Assembly (NCBI RefSeq): GCF_009914755.1
Contig: NC_060936.1
Direction: 5' to 3' (one strand)
Source of the DNA: the human T2T-CHM13v2.0 reference genome, Homo sapiens
DNA: 64,000 nt
A program made the position numbers and the translations under genes. Shown here in pieces: positions 1 through 17,599 of the stretch; positions within the stretch are counted from its first letter, which is position 1; every line of letters begins with the position of its first letter. Under the pieces are notes generated by a model. The model worked only from the letters and a program-made list of their open reading frames with translations, had not been told where the DNA came from and ran no database searches.

Positions 1-7
1 ATTTCAA

Positions 8-215
8 TACATACATATATGTATACACATGTATATTTCTACATTATGTATGTATATATGTATATATGTATGCATACATAAATATACACACACATATACA
101 TATGTATATATGTATATATGTATACGTGTGTGTATATGTATATGTGTATATGTATGCGTATATGTGTGTGTGTATATATATACACACTGTGCTTGTATTG
201 AAAATAATATATATG
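8..215. repeat. (TA)n/(TG)n low-complexity simple repeat
   Basis: Degenerate TATG/TACA/TG dinucleotide runs; the Y/I/C/V/H/T-rich ORFs here are artefacts of the repeat. Confidence 0.9.
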
Positions 216-920
216 TATTTTTCTCTTAAAACACATAGACAGAAGTGAATATGATGAATTCCGAGCACCCAGTCAGATAACTCCATGAGTGATGAAGAAA
301 GCACTGAAGTCTAATACGTGAGCCAAAACAATATGAATAAAATTGTTTCTTTAATTAAGTGGAAAATTATATCTACGTTCCTGTGTTATTTTGTATAATA
401 TGTGTCTTAAAACTATATAGAGCTAAAACTATAAAATCAATATTTTATTATTGTACCTAGATCTCTAAGATCTAAATATTTACATTAGCAATTGCATTGA
501 TCTTTTCATTGGAAATAGGGGGCTGCTTGCCTGATATTTTTGAGTGCTTCAAGATGGGGATTATCTTAAAATCTGTGTTCACCAATTGGAATGTGCCAAG
601 CACTTGTGTGTCTGCTTTGATTTAGAGATGGGGGAGCTGGGTAAATATGTACCTAGATCAGAGTTGAGAACAAACCCTGGGCCTTGGAAGCTGCATTTAG
701 CTCACAGGTTTCCTTTGATGTGCTCATTGTTCTTTGGAGTTTGAATGAGTTGCCCTCTCTGGACAATCCTGTGCTCTCTTTGTCAACACATTCCCTGTCA
801 CTCCCTGTACGTCTCAGTCACCTTCACTCTGATATACTGCCTGCTGTATAATAGGACATCATCAACATTCACCCATTCAAGGCCTCCCTTTTTATTTAAT
901 TTCATTGTTTCTGTTTATGT

Positions 921-1685
921 TCTAGTTAAGAATTGCCGTATAACAAATGACTCCAATACTTAGCAACTTAACACAACTATGAATTTTTTTTTTTTTTTTT
1001 GAAATGGAGTCTCACTCTGTCGCCCAGGCTGGAGTGCAATAGTACAATCTCAGCTCACCACAACCTCCACCTCCAGTGTTCAAGCAATTTCTTCCTGAGT
1101 AGCTGGGATTACAGGCACCCACCACCATGCCTGACTAATTTTTCTATTTTTAGTAGAGACAGGATTTCACCATGTTGGTCAGGCTGGTCTTGAACATCTG
1201 ACCTCGTGATCTGCCCACCTCGGCCTCGCAAAGTGTTGGGATTACAGGCGTGAGCCACCGTGCCTGGCCTATAACTATGATTTTACTCTTAATTTTGTAG
1301 AGCAAGGGATCAGCTCAGTAGTCTTGTGTGGGATCTCCTGCAATTAAAATAAGCTATCAGCTGGGGCTGCCATCATCTGAAGGCTCAACTGAGCTGCAAG
1401 TCTAAGATGGTGCACTCACATGGCTGCAGCTGATGCCACCTGTCAACTTGTAGCTCAGCTGGGGCTGTTGACTCTGTACTTGCACATGGCTTCTTCCCAT
1501 GTGTCAACTGGCTTCCTCCAGAGTAAGTGTCCCAAGAGAACCAAATATGCTGAAGGCATCACTTCTGCAATACTTTAATGGTTGAAACTGTCAAAAACCC
1601 ACTCAAACTCAAGGGGAAAAAACATAGAACCTACATCTTAATGGGACAAATTTAAAGTAATCTAGGGCCATTGTTTTAAACCACT
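921..1685 (-). mobile_element. MLT1H-like MaLR solo LTR, interrupted by an Alu
   Basis: MLT1-type motifs: taacaaatgactcc...tagcaacttaa, gctggggctgccatcatctgaaggctcaactg, aagatggtgcactcacatggctg, catcacttctgc, ending ttttaaaccact. Confidence 0.7.
984..1270 (-). mobile_element. AluS (Sg/Sc-like) with short internal deletion
   Basis: Poly-T, then gaaatggagtctcactctgtcgcccaggctgg...gtgagccaccgtgcctggcc; gacctcgtgatc variant; TSD-like aactatga on both sides. Confidence 0.95.
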
Positions 1686-1979
1686 CATCTCATCCCTATC
1701 CCCACCCATCATTCTTTTTTCCCCATAGGTACTACTCTAATATATTTGATATTTGTGCTTAAAAATATTTATTCCTGAAAGATATATAGTAATTAGCTGG
1801 TGACACAGTTTCCATATAAATAAATAGTATTGTGCTCTTATTCCTGGTCTTTTTTGTTTTAACATTTTCTCCTTAGCACTGTATTTTGGAAATCCACTCA
1901 TGTTTATATGGTTGTCTATGGAACTCTTCAGGCTACTTATATATACTTGAGCCCACGTAAAATATTTATTGTAAGTACC

Positions 1980-2443
1980 ATTTTATGCGCTGAAATGTGT
2001 CTCCCTAAGAGATATGTTGAAGTCCTAAATCTTGATACATGTGAAGTGCAACCTTATTTGGAAATAGGGTCTCCGCAGATGTAATTGGGTTGAGATGGAG
2101 TCATATGGGAGGAGGATGGGCCCCTTGTCCAATATGACTGGTGTTTGTATAATGAGAGAAAACAGATAAACTCGCAGGGATACCATCGTGTGAAGACTGA
2201 AGCAGTGACTAGAGTGATATGTCCACGAGCCAAGGGTCACCCAAGCGTGTGGGAAACTATCAGAATCTCAGAGAGACGCATGGAATAGACTTTCCCTCAG
2301 AGCCTCCAGTAGAGAGCAACCCTGTGGCACCTTGATTCTAGATTTCCAGGCTCCAGAACTGTGAGACAAGAATTTCTTTTGTGTTAAGCCAAGTAGTTGA
2401 CGGTAATGGTACTTTATTATGTAGCCCCTAGGAATCTAATACA
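1980..2443 (+). mobile_element. MLT1C-like MaLR solo LTR
   Basis: gatatgttgaagtcctaa, ccttatttggaaatagggtc, ccaatatgactggtgt, ctccagaactgtgagacaa; ends ctaataca. Confidence 0.85.
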
Positions 2444-2974
2444 GCTATCATCACAGAATATTTCCTGAACCTTGCATAAATGAGATACAGAGGTAAAACC
2501 AAAATTAATAACCTTACTCCAAAGGAAGGACTGCATGTTCACTTTCCACCCATTCAATTGTCCCTTTGCCATAATTACAGAGGTAAAATCAGCCAAGATC
2601 TCTCTTCTTCCCATTTGTAAAGGTTGTCCTTACATTGAACATATGTTTCCTTTCTTCCTAGTTAAAAATGCACCATCTCTCTAAGGAGGTGCCTGTTCAT
2701 TGGTTGTTCTTCCCCAGGAATGACGTTTCCTGTTTTATGATGGGGAAACAAGACGTTCACACTCCTGAGATTCTGGGCATCAGGTCTACATCTCTGTCAT
2801 CATCCTGGCCAGCGTCTACCTTGCGAAATGATCAAAATGATGACCTCCACAGGCGCCGTGTCCTCCCTTGGAGGTTATAAAAATAACAGGACAAAGGCTG
2901 CGTCTTGGTCAAATTTGGAGTTCACTGCCTAACATAGGATTGACACAAAATGTTTAGGGAATATTTTGTTGTGT

Positions 2975-3167
2975 TATATATATTTTATATCTATATATAT
3001 AGATATAGATATGATACATATATAAGATATATATATCTTAGATATGTATTATATGTGTATAGATATATGTATCATATATATATACACACATATATATATC
3101 TACACACATATATATATATCTACACACATATATATATCTCTACACACACACATATATATATATATCT

Positions 3168-3199
<32 letters not shown>

Positions 3200-3213
3200 C
3201 TACACACACACAC
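2975..3213. repeat. (TA)n/(CA)n compound simple repeat
   Basis: Repeated tatatatctacacaca units. Confidence 0.9.
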
Positions 3214-4004
3214 AGACACGAACACAGTTTCATTAGAAAAGAATTGGAGGGCAATTTTCACATTCTCCCTTACCAAAGTTAACCTTATCTTCTTCTCAGC
3301 TATGAATTGTTTCAAGTAATATAATTAAATACTCACACACCAGGATGCACATCGAAAGCATGCTTACAGAATATGTGTTGTGTGATCATTAAAGTAATCA
3401 AAGCTTATGGCTCAGAAGTAGCCTATAAACATTTTTTGTAATGAAATTACAAAGAAAAAACACCATAACACCAGAAGTAAATCCTGAGAATAGCAACAGG
3501 ATTGAACCCTGAGTTCTTAAAGCGGTTTTGCCTTACAATGGAGAACAACTATTTCATCTGTGAAAAAGAATGCAAAAGTGGGACAAGCTATTGAAGATCA
3601 ATGTTAATTCTACAGGAAAGATGTTTTTCTGAGGCCTCTTTTTAAACGCATGTGTGCCTGTTTCTGTGATCGCTTTTTAACAAAGAGAGGCAGAGAGCCA
3701 CGTGGGGCTTATTACCCTTTCTCTGAAGTAACTCATGATGCAAGTGTTAACATTTAACACAATTATGAGCAATGTAAACTACTTCTTTTAAGAAGATAGA
3801 TTTAAGTTATGACTCTTTAATGGATATAATGCTTTTATTAATTAGAAACAGCTTTAAAATGTGTCTTATTTATTAGCTTGCACTATTGGAGGAAAATAAT
3901 CTTCTGTTGGTCTCATTTTGGATAAACACACTAGTTACAAGCATGAATTTTTATGCACAAAATGGAATTCTTTCTTAGGGAAAGTTGGAGGTTAGGATCG
4001 CCAC

Positions 4005-4080
4005 TCCAGGTGATCATTTCAGTCCTCATACCACACTTGTGAGTTTGTGAGATACTCCCCATTTTACAGATGAAATAAGC
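4005..4080 (-). mobile_element. MIR fragment
   Basis: MIR core ccccattttacagatgaa. Confidence 0.55.
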
Positions 4081-4399
4081 AATTTGTATTTTATTTAAAA
4101 AAGAAAAGCACACACAAAAAAGGCATCTTTGGCATTCATTCTAACCTTGAGGTAGTTGTCAGGATCCTGCGTTCCAGAATCCCTCCTATGTGAAGCCAAG
4201 CTCAGGTGCAGCCCAGGCCACTGCCTTCTTTTTGTTCTGAGCCCTGGAATGAAGGCTATGTATGGGCTTCTGTCCCATCCTGGCCAGTTGTTGACGATTA
4301 ACCATGGAAAGCAGTTTCCCCCGTCTGGGTCTCAGGTTTTCTAATCTGAAACAAAAGTAGCAGACAAGATAATCATTCCTTTGTGACTTAAAGAAAAAG

Positions 4400-4730
4400 T
4401 ATATGCCCCAACAGCCTGACGTGCCCAATTTTGTCCTGCAGGCATGGGACTCTTTTTTACTTTACTCACATACTGCTTTAGATATTTCTGAGTCACTATT
4501 TTAAAATTGGGAGATTTGACACAAATATATGTGTTCTTATCAGTTTATCAAAAACTGGAAGCTCAGGCAACACCAGCCCTCCCTTCCCGCCTGAGGAAGC
4601 CAGCTGCTCCCTTTCAACAGGGTGTGTGCTGATATCCACACCATGTTACCACAATCCCCACCACTCCCTTTTGCCTCCCTGAAGCTAGCTTCAGTGTTAG
4701 TTTCTATATATTGCTGTGGTTGGACCTCTG
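4400..4730 (+). mobile_element. MER102-like hAT-Charlie DNA transposon fragment
   Basis: taaaattgggagatttgacac...ggcaacaccagccc...cagctgctccctttc...caatccccaccactccct. Confidence 0.55.
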
Positions 4731-5134
4731 ATGTTTTTATAGACAAAAAAGAAAACAAATAGTTTCTATATCTACGTCATAATAAAAATGAGAAGATAAA
4801 AGATGGATCAAAAAGTGGATAATTTTGAAGAAGCTGGCTCCTGTAGGTTCCTGAATTTGTCTCCCATATCACAGTCAGGGCTTCTTGACTCTAAACTTAA
4901 AAGCCCATGACACCACTTCCTAGAGTCTCTCTGTCTTTTTAAAAACTATTCTTTATGTTTCTCATCTAAATTTATTCTCCTTACTCAATTACAATTAATC
5001 ATGTATAAGTGTTTATTGAGAGCTGGGGAGTAAAGAGAGGCAGAGAAAAACCTAAAACATACTTGATTTACTTGTATATTTAGATTGTAGTTTGGAAGAC
5101 ACATTAGAAATATAGATAATAATATCATATCCCA

Positions 5135-5355
5135 TTCTATAACAATAGTAAGCCATTTATCATACATGCATGAATTTGTCAGGTCTTGTATCAAGACACT
5201 TTCAATACATTATCTCATTTAACTCTCGCAGAAATCCTAGGGGGGTAAGTATTCTTATTTCCCTTTTACGATATGGAAACTGAGGCTCAGAAACTTGTCC
5301 CAGGTTGTCTGGAGAGTATGTGGCAGAACTAGGAAAGCTCAAATGAACATATTCC
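5135..5355 (-). mobile_element. MIR
   Basis: cattatctcatttaactctc...cccttttacgatatggaaactgaggctcagaaacttgtcccaggt. Confidence 0.8.
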
Positions 5356-5980
5356 AAAGTTTGTGAACATGATGGCAGTGCTTCTCAGACCAGCATTGCT
5401 GAGGGGCCGTAAATGTATTCCAGGATATCTTCACATTCTTCATTGGATAGAAATGCTGTGTTCCTTTCAAGAACGTGTTTCTTTATTTTTGTCTTCTTTT
5501 CTTGTCTGTATATAAATGCAGAGATTTGATTTAATTGTACTCCTCATCTCATGGCACAGAAACATCAAGGGTTTTTATGTGTCCCTGTTACGGTTGTATT
5601 TCATTTCCCCCCTGATACGAATGTCTTCTTCATCTCTTTCTCCTGTACAAACAGAACTCAGATATATTTGTGACATGTGCTTGACCCTGACACATCTTAT
5701 TGCAAAATACGTTGTAATATTTTGTGCATTTTCTTAATTCACATAAATAGCATTGGACAGGAAATGTGATAATAATGCTCCAAGTTTTCTTATTGCATTG
5801 ATTCAGTGGCCACATTAGAGTGTGTTTTTGATTTGGTCAGTACAAAGTAAAGGAATTAAGGAAGATAGCATTTAAGTTTTACCACAGCTTTCTTTAAACT
5901 AGTCATCTTGAACTAGAGTAAAAATGCATATTTTCTGACAGATATGTTTTGGAAGGTGGAAACATGATGACCTCAATAGA

Positions 5981-6163
5981 AGATTGTCAGACTTCGCAAA
6001 TAAAAGTGCATGGTGGTAAATTTGAATTGCAGATAAATAATGCATACTTTTAGCAGAAGTATGTTCCATACAATATCTGAGACATACTCTACTATAAAAT
6101 TATTCACTATTTATCTTATAGTCAAATTTAACTGGGGTTTCATGTACTTCATCTGGTAAGTCC
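5981..6163 (-). mobile_element. MER53 palindromic hAT MITE
   Basis: taaatttgaattgcagataaa...agtatgttcc...gacatact...tttatct...caaatttaactggg; internal inverted symmetry typical of MER53. Confidence 0.75.
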
Positions 6164-6992
6164 AGCTATGCTATATACCATAAATGAAGTTATGTGAACT
6201 GCTTGGAACGTCCCGTGTTGCGCGGAGCATCCATTGTGAGATGGACTAGGAGGGTCGGAGTGTGCAGGACAGGGCTTTGGCAGAGACGGAAGAATGAGGA
6301 AGATGTGTATGGTTTCAGACTGGAAGCTCCATTCAAACTAAACTCATTTGGGGAACAAACTGTGAAGCAGAATTATCTACCAGGAGGACTTATGAATTTG
6401 GTTGAGCACAAGGAAATTGTCCGCAGCCTGAGGAAATGAATTAGGGCACAAACGCTTATAAACACAATACCATTAACTTGGATAATAAAAAGGTACATAA
6501 TTTGATGGAGCCAAACACAAATGTCCTCCCTCAGATTCCCAGTCGCCACGTTTCCCCCACCAGTTTATCATTTTTATTTTGATTGCCACAGTTTATGGAG
6601 AGCGAAAACAATAGGTATCTATAATGTGAAATTATTTAAACATATAATGTTTGCTATTCATCATATTATTCCCCTCTTTAGCCAAAGTTGATTCTACCAG
6701 CTATGTATGATTTTCTTAAGATAATCTGATATGTCTAAGTTTCTTCTCCTGCCAGATAAATATTTATTCTAAAGCCTGTCAGTTTTTGTATAAACGTCAC
6801 CCTTTTCTCTCTGAAAAGAAAGCTATCATTCTTTAACAAGAATTGAGAAGCTCTGCTAGTTTTGTTCCAGGCTAATGGAACACCTATGTCAATTCACAAT
6901 GAATGACAGCAGTCAGGAGGCACAGGTGTGGGGAACCCATCTCTTTTGCTAGTTGTGTCACCTTGTGTTAATATTAAAAATGAAGTGTGTTA

Positions 6993-9823
<2,831 letters not shown>

Positions 9824-9824
9824 T

Positions 9825-10037
9825 TTCTCACTTAATGTCATTAATAGGCTCTTGGAAACTGCGACTTTAAGAGAAAGACATACGGCAGAGCCGGTGTTTT
9901 TTCTCATCAACATTATAACCAGATAATGTTGAAGGAAACGACGTTGTTTGAGGACCTACCATACATCTTTTCACTTAAAGTTGTAGTTTCTAAGAACCTA
10001 TCAACATATTTATGACTTTAAGTGAGGACATACTGTA
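9825..10037 (-). mobile_element. MER6B (TcMar-Tigger MITE)
   Basis: Terminal inverted repeats ctcacttaatgtc..aataggctcttggaaactgcgactttaag / cttaaagttgtagtttctaagaacctat..aagtgaggacatactg. Confidence 0.85.
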
Positions 10038-10400
10038 TACACATATATGTGTGTGTGCGTGTATATGTATGTATATATGTGTGTGTAGAAATAAATACAT
10101 ATATGTGTGTGTGTGTGTATATATATGTTGGGCAGGAGAGTGCAGGGAAGAGGAGAGGGCCAGGGCCAGGAGTTTTCTATATCTATGTCTGTATCTATAA
10201 AATATTTCCATCCTGCTGTTTCTTTCTGTTTATATTTATCCTGCCACACAAATGTGTGTATATCTATATCTATCTCCCTTTATATATGTGAAATATAGGT
10301 ATATATAATATATAGTTATAGGTATATATGTGAAATATAAGTATTTACAATATAAGTATTTACAAAATTGTATATACATGTGTATGTATGGATGTACGTA
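10038..10400. repeat. TA/TG-rich low-complexity tracts
   Basis: Visible dinucleotide runs. Confidence 0.75.
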
Positions 10401-11464
10401 TCCATCCTGACTTATTTTAAACGAAAGCATGGCCCGAAAGCATGTTTACAGGATTCTTACTCTATTTTAGTTCAGGAAAAATTTAATTCAGCCAAGAAAA
10501 CTGAGGCCTACTGGGTTCCCACACCATCAGAATGACCAAGGGGCCAGTGTGTCAAGGTCAAAGCCAGCCCCACCCTCCCTTCTGCCCCACTCCCTCCTCC
10601 CCAAGCTGTGTCTGCTGCAATCCTGGGGGAGTCTTGGAAACAGTCACTACAAAACACACTGTGGCAGTACATGTGACCAGGACAAACTTTCCATGAGCTA
10701 CAAACATGGAAAGAACTGGACCTTCTGCTTTTATTCATTCTTTTACACTTCTGTGAACACTTTTCAAAGTTTGGCTTATTTTTTTTCAGGCCCTGACTCT
10801 GTAGGCTGTGTTCACCACTATATATTAAACATAAAAATCATGCTGTTTATGGAACATGGCAATCAGTGACTGAAAAGAAGAAACTTCTAACGGTTTTCAT
10901 GGTAGTCGGATACAGTCTTGTGAAACTGTGTCATTCAAATCTACTCATTAGTGAAAGATGATTTTACATGTCTTTGAAGTAAAAATACCTTTTATCTATG
11001 GAGTTTAATTGAAAGCCTACCAGAATAAAAACTGTCACACGTGGAGCTGGTAGATCCTGTTAAACGGAACACTAATGATGATGAATCTGAGGTATGTCAT
11101 CAACTGCATGAAACAAGTCACTTTCATCACGAAGAGAGGGGATCAAACACGGGAAAAAGGCTTTGTCTTTCTCCACCCATGGGATCTATGTCGTCAATTA
11201 TCTCCTGCAGATAATTATTCACGCTTATGCATTTCTCTATCTCTGCTTCTGTGAATGTCTCTAAACAAGTTCTTGTTGCCAATAAATGTCTCATGGAATG
11301 AGTTGCTAAAAGAGTTAGTTAGAAACATGAATTGCTTCTGAAGGTCCCTGGGCATCCCATGTGCTCACCAGGAGCCTCAAACAATGCGACTTATAGTCCC
11401 CAAGCAGGCGGGCTCCGCCTGAAACCAGCGGGCAAGCGGACCATCTCCTGTGTTTAACTCCTAG

Positions 11465-11756
<292 letters not shown>

Positions 11757-12374
11757 TTATCCCTTTTATACACGATGTGCTGCAGAGGCCTGGACATTTC
11801 TGTCAAGTATCTATGAGCACCCATTTGTGCAGCACAAACTCATTTATAAAGGAGAAAGCACTTCAAACTACAAAGATGCTTCAGGACGCATTATTCAGTG
11901 TTCTATGTTGCCAATTGCCTAATAGATTTCAAATTTAGCTTCTTTGTTTCAAATTCATGGAGGTAAATTGGGACCAAGAAATTCTTTGACTTAGGACACA
12001 TGTGTTATTTTAGTTATTAAAAGTATTTATTTAAACTATCAAAACAATATATGTTTTGGTAGTTTAAATAAATGTACAGTTTAAATAAATGTACAGAATG
12101 TACAGGTTAAATAACAAATGGAAATCCCCTTTCTGTATCATATCTGCCTAACTGTCCTGAATCTCAACCTTGCAGATACTAAAAAGGTTAATGGTTTTAA
12201 ATATATTTCCCCATTACATTTCTTGGAATTTACACACACACAGAGTGTGACAGAGAGAGAGCGAGAGCAGGAGTGAGTGAGTGAGAGAGAGAGAGAAAGA
12301 GACGAAGATTTCGATAATGTTAGTGTGATAAAAAGCTATGGCCATATGTTCAGAAAGACATTAATTTTATAAGG

Positions 12375-12400
12375 GTGTGTGTGTGTGTGTGTGTGTGTGT
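12375..12400. repeat. (TG)n microsatellite
   Basis: About 13 perfect TG units. Confidence 0.9.
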
Positions 12401-12506
12401 ATCTAAGTATTTGTCTATGTTGTGTGGAAAAAGTACAGAAATGAAGAAGTGGGCAATTCTTGAAGGATGATGTTGGGCGAGTAAATTAAGATACACAATG
12501 GGGAAG

Positions 12507-12868
12507 TGATATGGTTTGGCTGTGTCCCCACCCAAATCTCATCTTGAATTGTTGCTCCCATAATTCCCACGTGTTGTGGGAGAGACCTGGTGGGAGATAA
12601 TTGAATCATGGGGGCGGTTTCCCCTACCCCGTTCTTGTGTTAGTGAATAAGTCTCACAAGAGCTGATGGGTTTACAAGGGGTTTCCCCTTTCCTTTGGTT
12701 CTCTTTTTCTCTTGCCTGCCACTATGTAAGGTGTGCCTTTCGCCTTCCACCGTGATTGTGAGGTCTCCCCAGCCATGTGGAACTGTGAGTCCACTAAATC
12801 TCTTTCCTTTTATAAATTACCAAGTTTCAGGTACGTCTTTATCAGCAGCATGAAAACAGACTAATACA
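12507..12868 (+). mobile_element. THE1 (B/C-like) MaLR solo LTR
   Basis: tgatatggtttggctgtgtccccacccaaatctcatcttgaattg ... atcagcagcatgaaaacagactaataca; 5-bp TSD ggaag/gggag. Confidence 0.93.
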
Positions 12869-13575
12869 GGGAGAGAATAGAGCTCCCCATCTTCTGAGAT
12901 AAGACCTTGCTGTCAGTATGGCCTTGGGGCTATATGCTGCAATCATCCCTATACACAGCTTAAGATAGACAATACTCTCACTCCTTCTAATGCTGGCTTA
13001 CCAATTTTGAGTCAAAAAATTACAAAACACCTAGTTCTGTGTGATGGGCTGCCTAAATTTCATGAGTAAGTTTTCCTTTCTATTTGTTGGAAATAAAGCA
13101 CAAAAGTCCATTTTATATTTAAACATTATTTTGAATTCAAATTTCAAGGCATTTTGAGATCTGTTGCATCATCAGTGATTCTCAAAGTATTTCTAGAAAA
13201 TCTAGTGCTCCTAGATGCTAGTGGAGGAAAGGCATCTCTGGTTAAGTTTATTGTGGGTTATGTGGCATATATTGATCTTGAGAGGTAGCAATGCACGCTG
13301 AAGGCCCTTAGAAGCTTTGGAATAAAAAACATGACTGATAATATTTTTAATGCTATTTTTCAACGTGTTTGTTCAGAAAAATCGTATCTACCCACCTATC
13401 TATTAATATCTATCTACTTATATGTTTATACCCTTATTCTCACTAAACCTCCATTTCTTCTACGTGAAATGGGTACAATGCCACAGGATCATTGTGACAG
13501 CCTCGTGCGTTCATGACCGCACGGTGCTCTGGATCATATCTGGCATAAAATAAGCACTCGGCAAATGTGAGTGAC

Positions 13576-14295
<720 letters not shown>

Positions 14296-16121
14296 GCAAT
14301 TAAGCAGACACAAGGTGGATTTTAAGACATGCTTCAACATGTACTCTAGTCTAATGTATGCCAGCGTCAATGATAATCCGGCTGAAGTGCCCAACTGAGG
14401 CTACCCTTTAAACTAAAAATAATCAGTTACTATTTTATAAGACTGACTCAGATTGAGAAGTCTCAAATAGTAACTGAGAATCCTGTATGTTTCGCAACCT
14501 CCTTCACATTTGTTTCACCTACAGTAAATTCCAGCTGCTCACACAAAAAGAGGAAGTGTGCAGATGGGTGTATTTATATATGTGTGTGATTGTGTATTTT
14601 ATATGTTGAGCTGAAACTCAGGGAAATTGGGCTGTTTCCTTTTCTTGTTTCTATTTATTTTCTTAGTTATTAGGTTGAGACCTGTCAATATCATTCACTT
14701 GACACTTCCATGCAGCATGGACCACAACACACTCTTCTCACTCTGGCTCACACATGCAGCCCTTTCTACATATCAGGCTATGAGCTTCCAACTTTCTGAA
14801 TAACAAGATATCTATTTCCTTGCAGTTTCACACTCTGTTCACACTTGATTTCCCTGTTTATTTGCTTAGTCAACCCTACTCTCTTCCAACACCCCTACCA
14901 CACTCTTTCCTTATGCTACTAGATCTTTAATTGGCCACAGTGATCATGCTCGTTTATTAATTTTAAAAATATTTATTGACTGTCTGCTCTGACCTGGCCT
15001 GTGCTGGGTGATGTAGCCCCTAACGGGCAAACATTCCAATCTGTTATATTTGCTTCTCCCCGTCTCTCTCCAGCACTCACAACACAGGCTGAATATTGTA
15101 GCAGTATGTGTGAGACGTGCACAAGGATGAATGGAAGATGGATAATATTGTATAAACGGAGGGTTGAAAGCAAGTGCTCCACCTGAAAGACAGTTATAGT
15201 TACAGAAATGAAAACTGATACTTTTTTTGAGATACTTCATAATTTCAAGATGCAATTATATCTCCATAGGGCAATAGGATCCCATAATTACAACCACAAT
15301 CCTTCGGGCCCTGCATTTTAGACTCTATAGCCCCCAGAGCTCTTGAGCCCTCTAACACACTGCCATCCTGGGAAAACACTCTGGGGACCCCCTCTAACAG
15401 GCCTGATGCACCTGGTGAAGCTTCTGCTTAGAGAGGGGTCACAACTCAGCCTGGATCTTCAGGTAAAAGGTTGGAACATCAGGTATTCCAGGTTCACAAC
15501 ATGACTCATTCTAGGAGACTCCAGCTAGGCTCTGTTGTTTGACAGAGGATGGCCAAGTTGGTCTTAAATGAAGGCGTAGGTTGGGGCACGTGCAGATCCA
15601 GGCGGAAAAGTCAACCCATGGGATGCACCTGGGACATGCCAGGTGTGGACCCTTGAGGACCTCATGACTGCATTCTGCAGGGAAAAAGACAAGAAACCAA
15701 TCAGACATGTTCACTGCGGGGCTTAGCCTTGCTGAAGAAAAACAAGAAAATGCCTCAGTTGGAGAAAGATCCTATGAAGGCCATCCTGAGAGGTAGGGAG
15801 AGGAGAGTATTGTGAAATGAAGTCATCCAAAAAGGGGATTTGGAGCCACGGTATTAGTGAGATCATACCAGACATGAGAATGACTCTAGGCTGAGCCACA
15901 GTGAAGGAACTCCAGCAGGTGAGCATTGGGAAAAGAGGCAGAAAGAGCCTATCTGGGGTCAGCTCTGGGATTGGGTTCTTAGCGGAGTTGGGCTTGTCAC
16001 CCTCGGCGGCTAGGAACCCATCACCTATATGATCATGCTCCACAGGAGATCCATGCTTCTTGGTGTGGTTCCATTGATACCTGTAATCATCATACCTCAA
16101 GCTCAAGCCTGGCTGTATCAC

Positions 16122-16304
16122 CAGGGGCAGCCAGATAGTAGCTTTGCAGACCATGTGGTCTCTGTCACGAGCAGCAGCCACAGGCCGTATGTGTCAAGTG
16201 TAGCATAAACATGTATAAACAATCAGATGTAGCTTTAAATTCTTTCTTACAAAACATGCATTGGACTGAATTGGTCCTGAAGGTCATTAGTTTGCTATCC
16301 CCTG
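16122..16304 (+). mobile_element. MER58A-like hAT MITE
   Basis: ccagatagtagctttgcagaccatgtggtctctgtc ... tagtttgctatcccctg. Confidence 0.7.
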
Positions 16305-16419
16305 AAGGAGTCTGTAGCTTGTCTGAATATGAAAATAATTACACCAAATGCTTGGTTAAAACAAAACAACACAGTAACAACACTTTAGTTTCTGCCAGTA
16401 AAAGTAGGAGAGTCAATAA

Positions 16420-16670
16420 TACACAATGGCTAAGAACTCAGTCTCTAACATTAAACTTACTTGAATCTAGTCTATAACCAATTCTTAATGGTATAACCCT
16501 GGGAGAGTTTCTTGGCTTTACTAAGCCTCGACTTCTTTGTCTGTAAAATGAGAATAATAGATGAATTTACCTTTTGGAGTGTTCTAGTGATGCAGCGATA
16601 ATGTATTTAAAATGCAATGATTAGAACCTGATATGTGTATGGGTCAATTTATATGAACTATTGTTATTAG
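16420..16670 (+). mobile_element. MIR
   Basis: ctaagcctcgacttctttgtctgtaaaatgagaataatag core. Confidence 0.75.
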
Positions 16671-17599
16671 CAATATGTTCTCCTATCATGAACCTAGTTG
16701 GAAAGACATAACCTCAGGTGAGACAAACCTTTGGTACAACAAAGCCTGCTTGATAATCTCATTACCAATAGTACATTTCTAACTTCTTGCCACTCTCTCA
16801 TGGTTCATGTTTTTGATGATCACCTTTCTTCAGCTGGTCAGGAGCTTTGAAGTTCCAAACTAATAGGACAATATTAGCAAATAAGTAACGTATAGATTGT
16901 TGTCACAGTAATTTAAGAATGTTTAGCCAAGGAAACATCTGGAATGATATCAGATACGTTCTAAAATATATAATCTGACAGATTAACTTCATGGAGTTAA
17001 AATTGTCCTATGATGGTTCTCAGAAAATCGCTTGAGTTTGCTTTACTGCTTAGGATCAGATTATAGCATTAAAGTAAAGGAACATTGATACCCTCCTTGG
17101 TCTCTGACCCAGACTGGAGTCAGTTCTCATCATCTGCTGCTAATCTTTGTACCTCTTCATAGAGATTTTCTTAAATTCCAAAAGAGCAATTTTCTGATAA
17201 GGATAGTAGTAATATCAGCTAATGTTAACTTCCTAAAACTACATAGTGAAACTTAAGCTGGAGAAATGCCATCTCCTTTGCCTTTGGAGGAGCCAGAACT
17301 ATGGAATAAAAATGACTACATGCTTATCATGTTTCCTGATGGGAAAGTACACTTCACTGACCGGTAGTTAGCCTCATGAACTCTTAGTTACTTCCAGAAT
17401 TATCACTTCTTGGAAGTGATTACACCAGGGTCAGGGAGACCATTTTATTTCCCTTTATTTTTACATTAGACAAGGAGTATCTATGCTGATTATTAGTTAT
17501 AATAAGCAATCCTACCTTTTGGTGATTTATACCATTCATTTATCTCTTGCAAACCTCTTAGCAAATTTATAACTAGGCACAATTATCTGACAGAAAGTA

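Noticed and set aside
29-304. Y/I/C/V/H/T-rich ORFs here and at 2950-3319, 9990-10430 and 22841-23119
   Set aside because: These are translations of TA/CA/TG simple repeats.
12061-12114. 17-bp tandem duplication agtttaaataaatgtac
   Set aside because: Ordinary short slippage duplication in AT-rich, old L1-like DNA.
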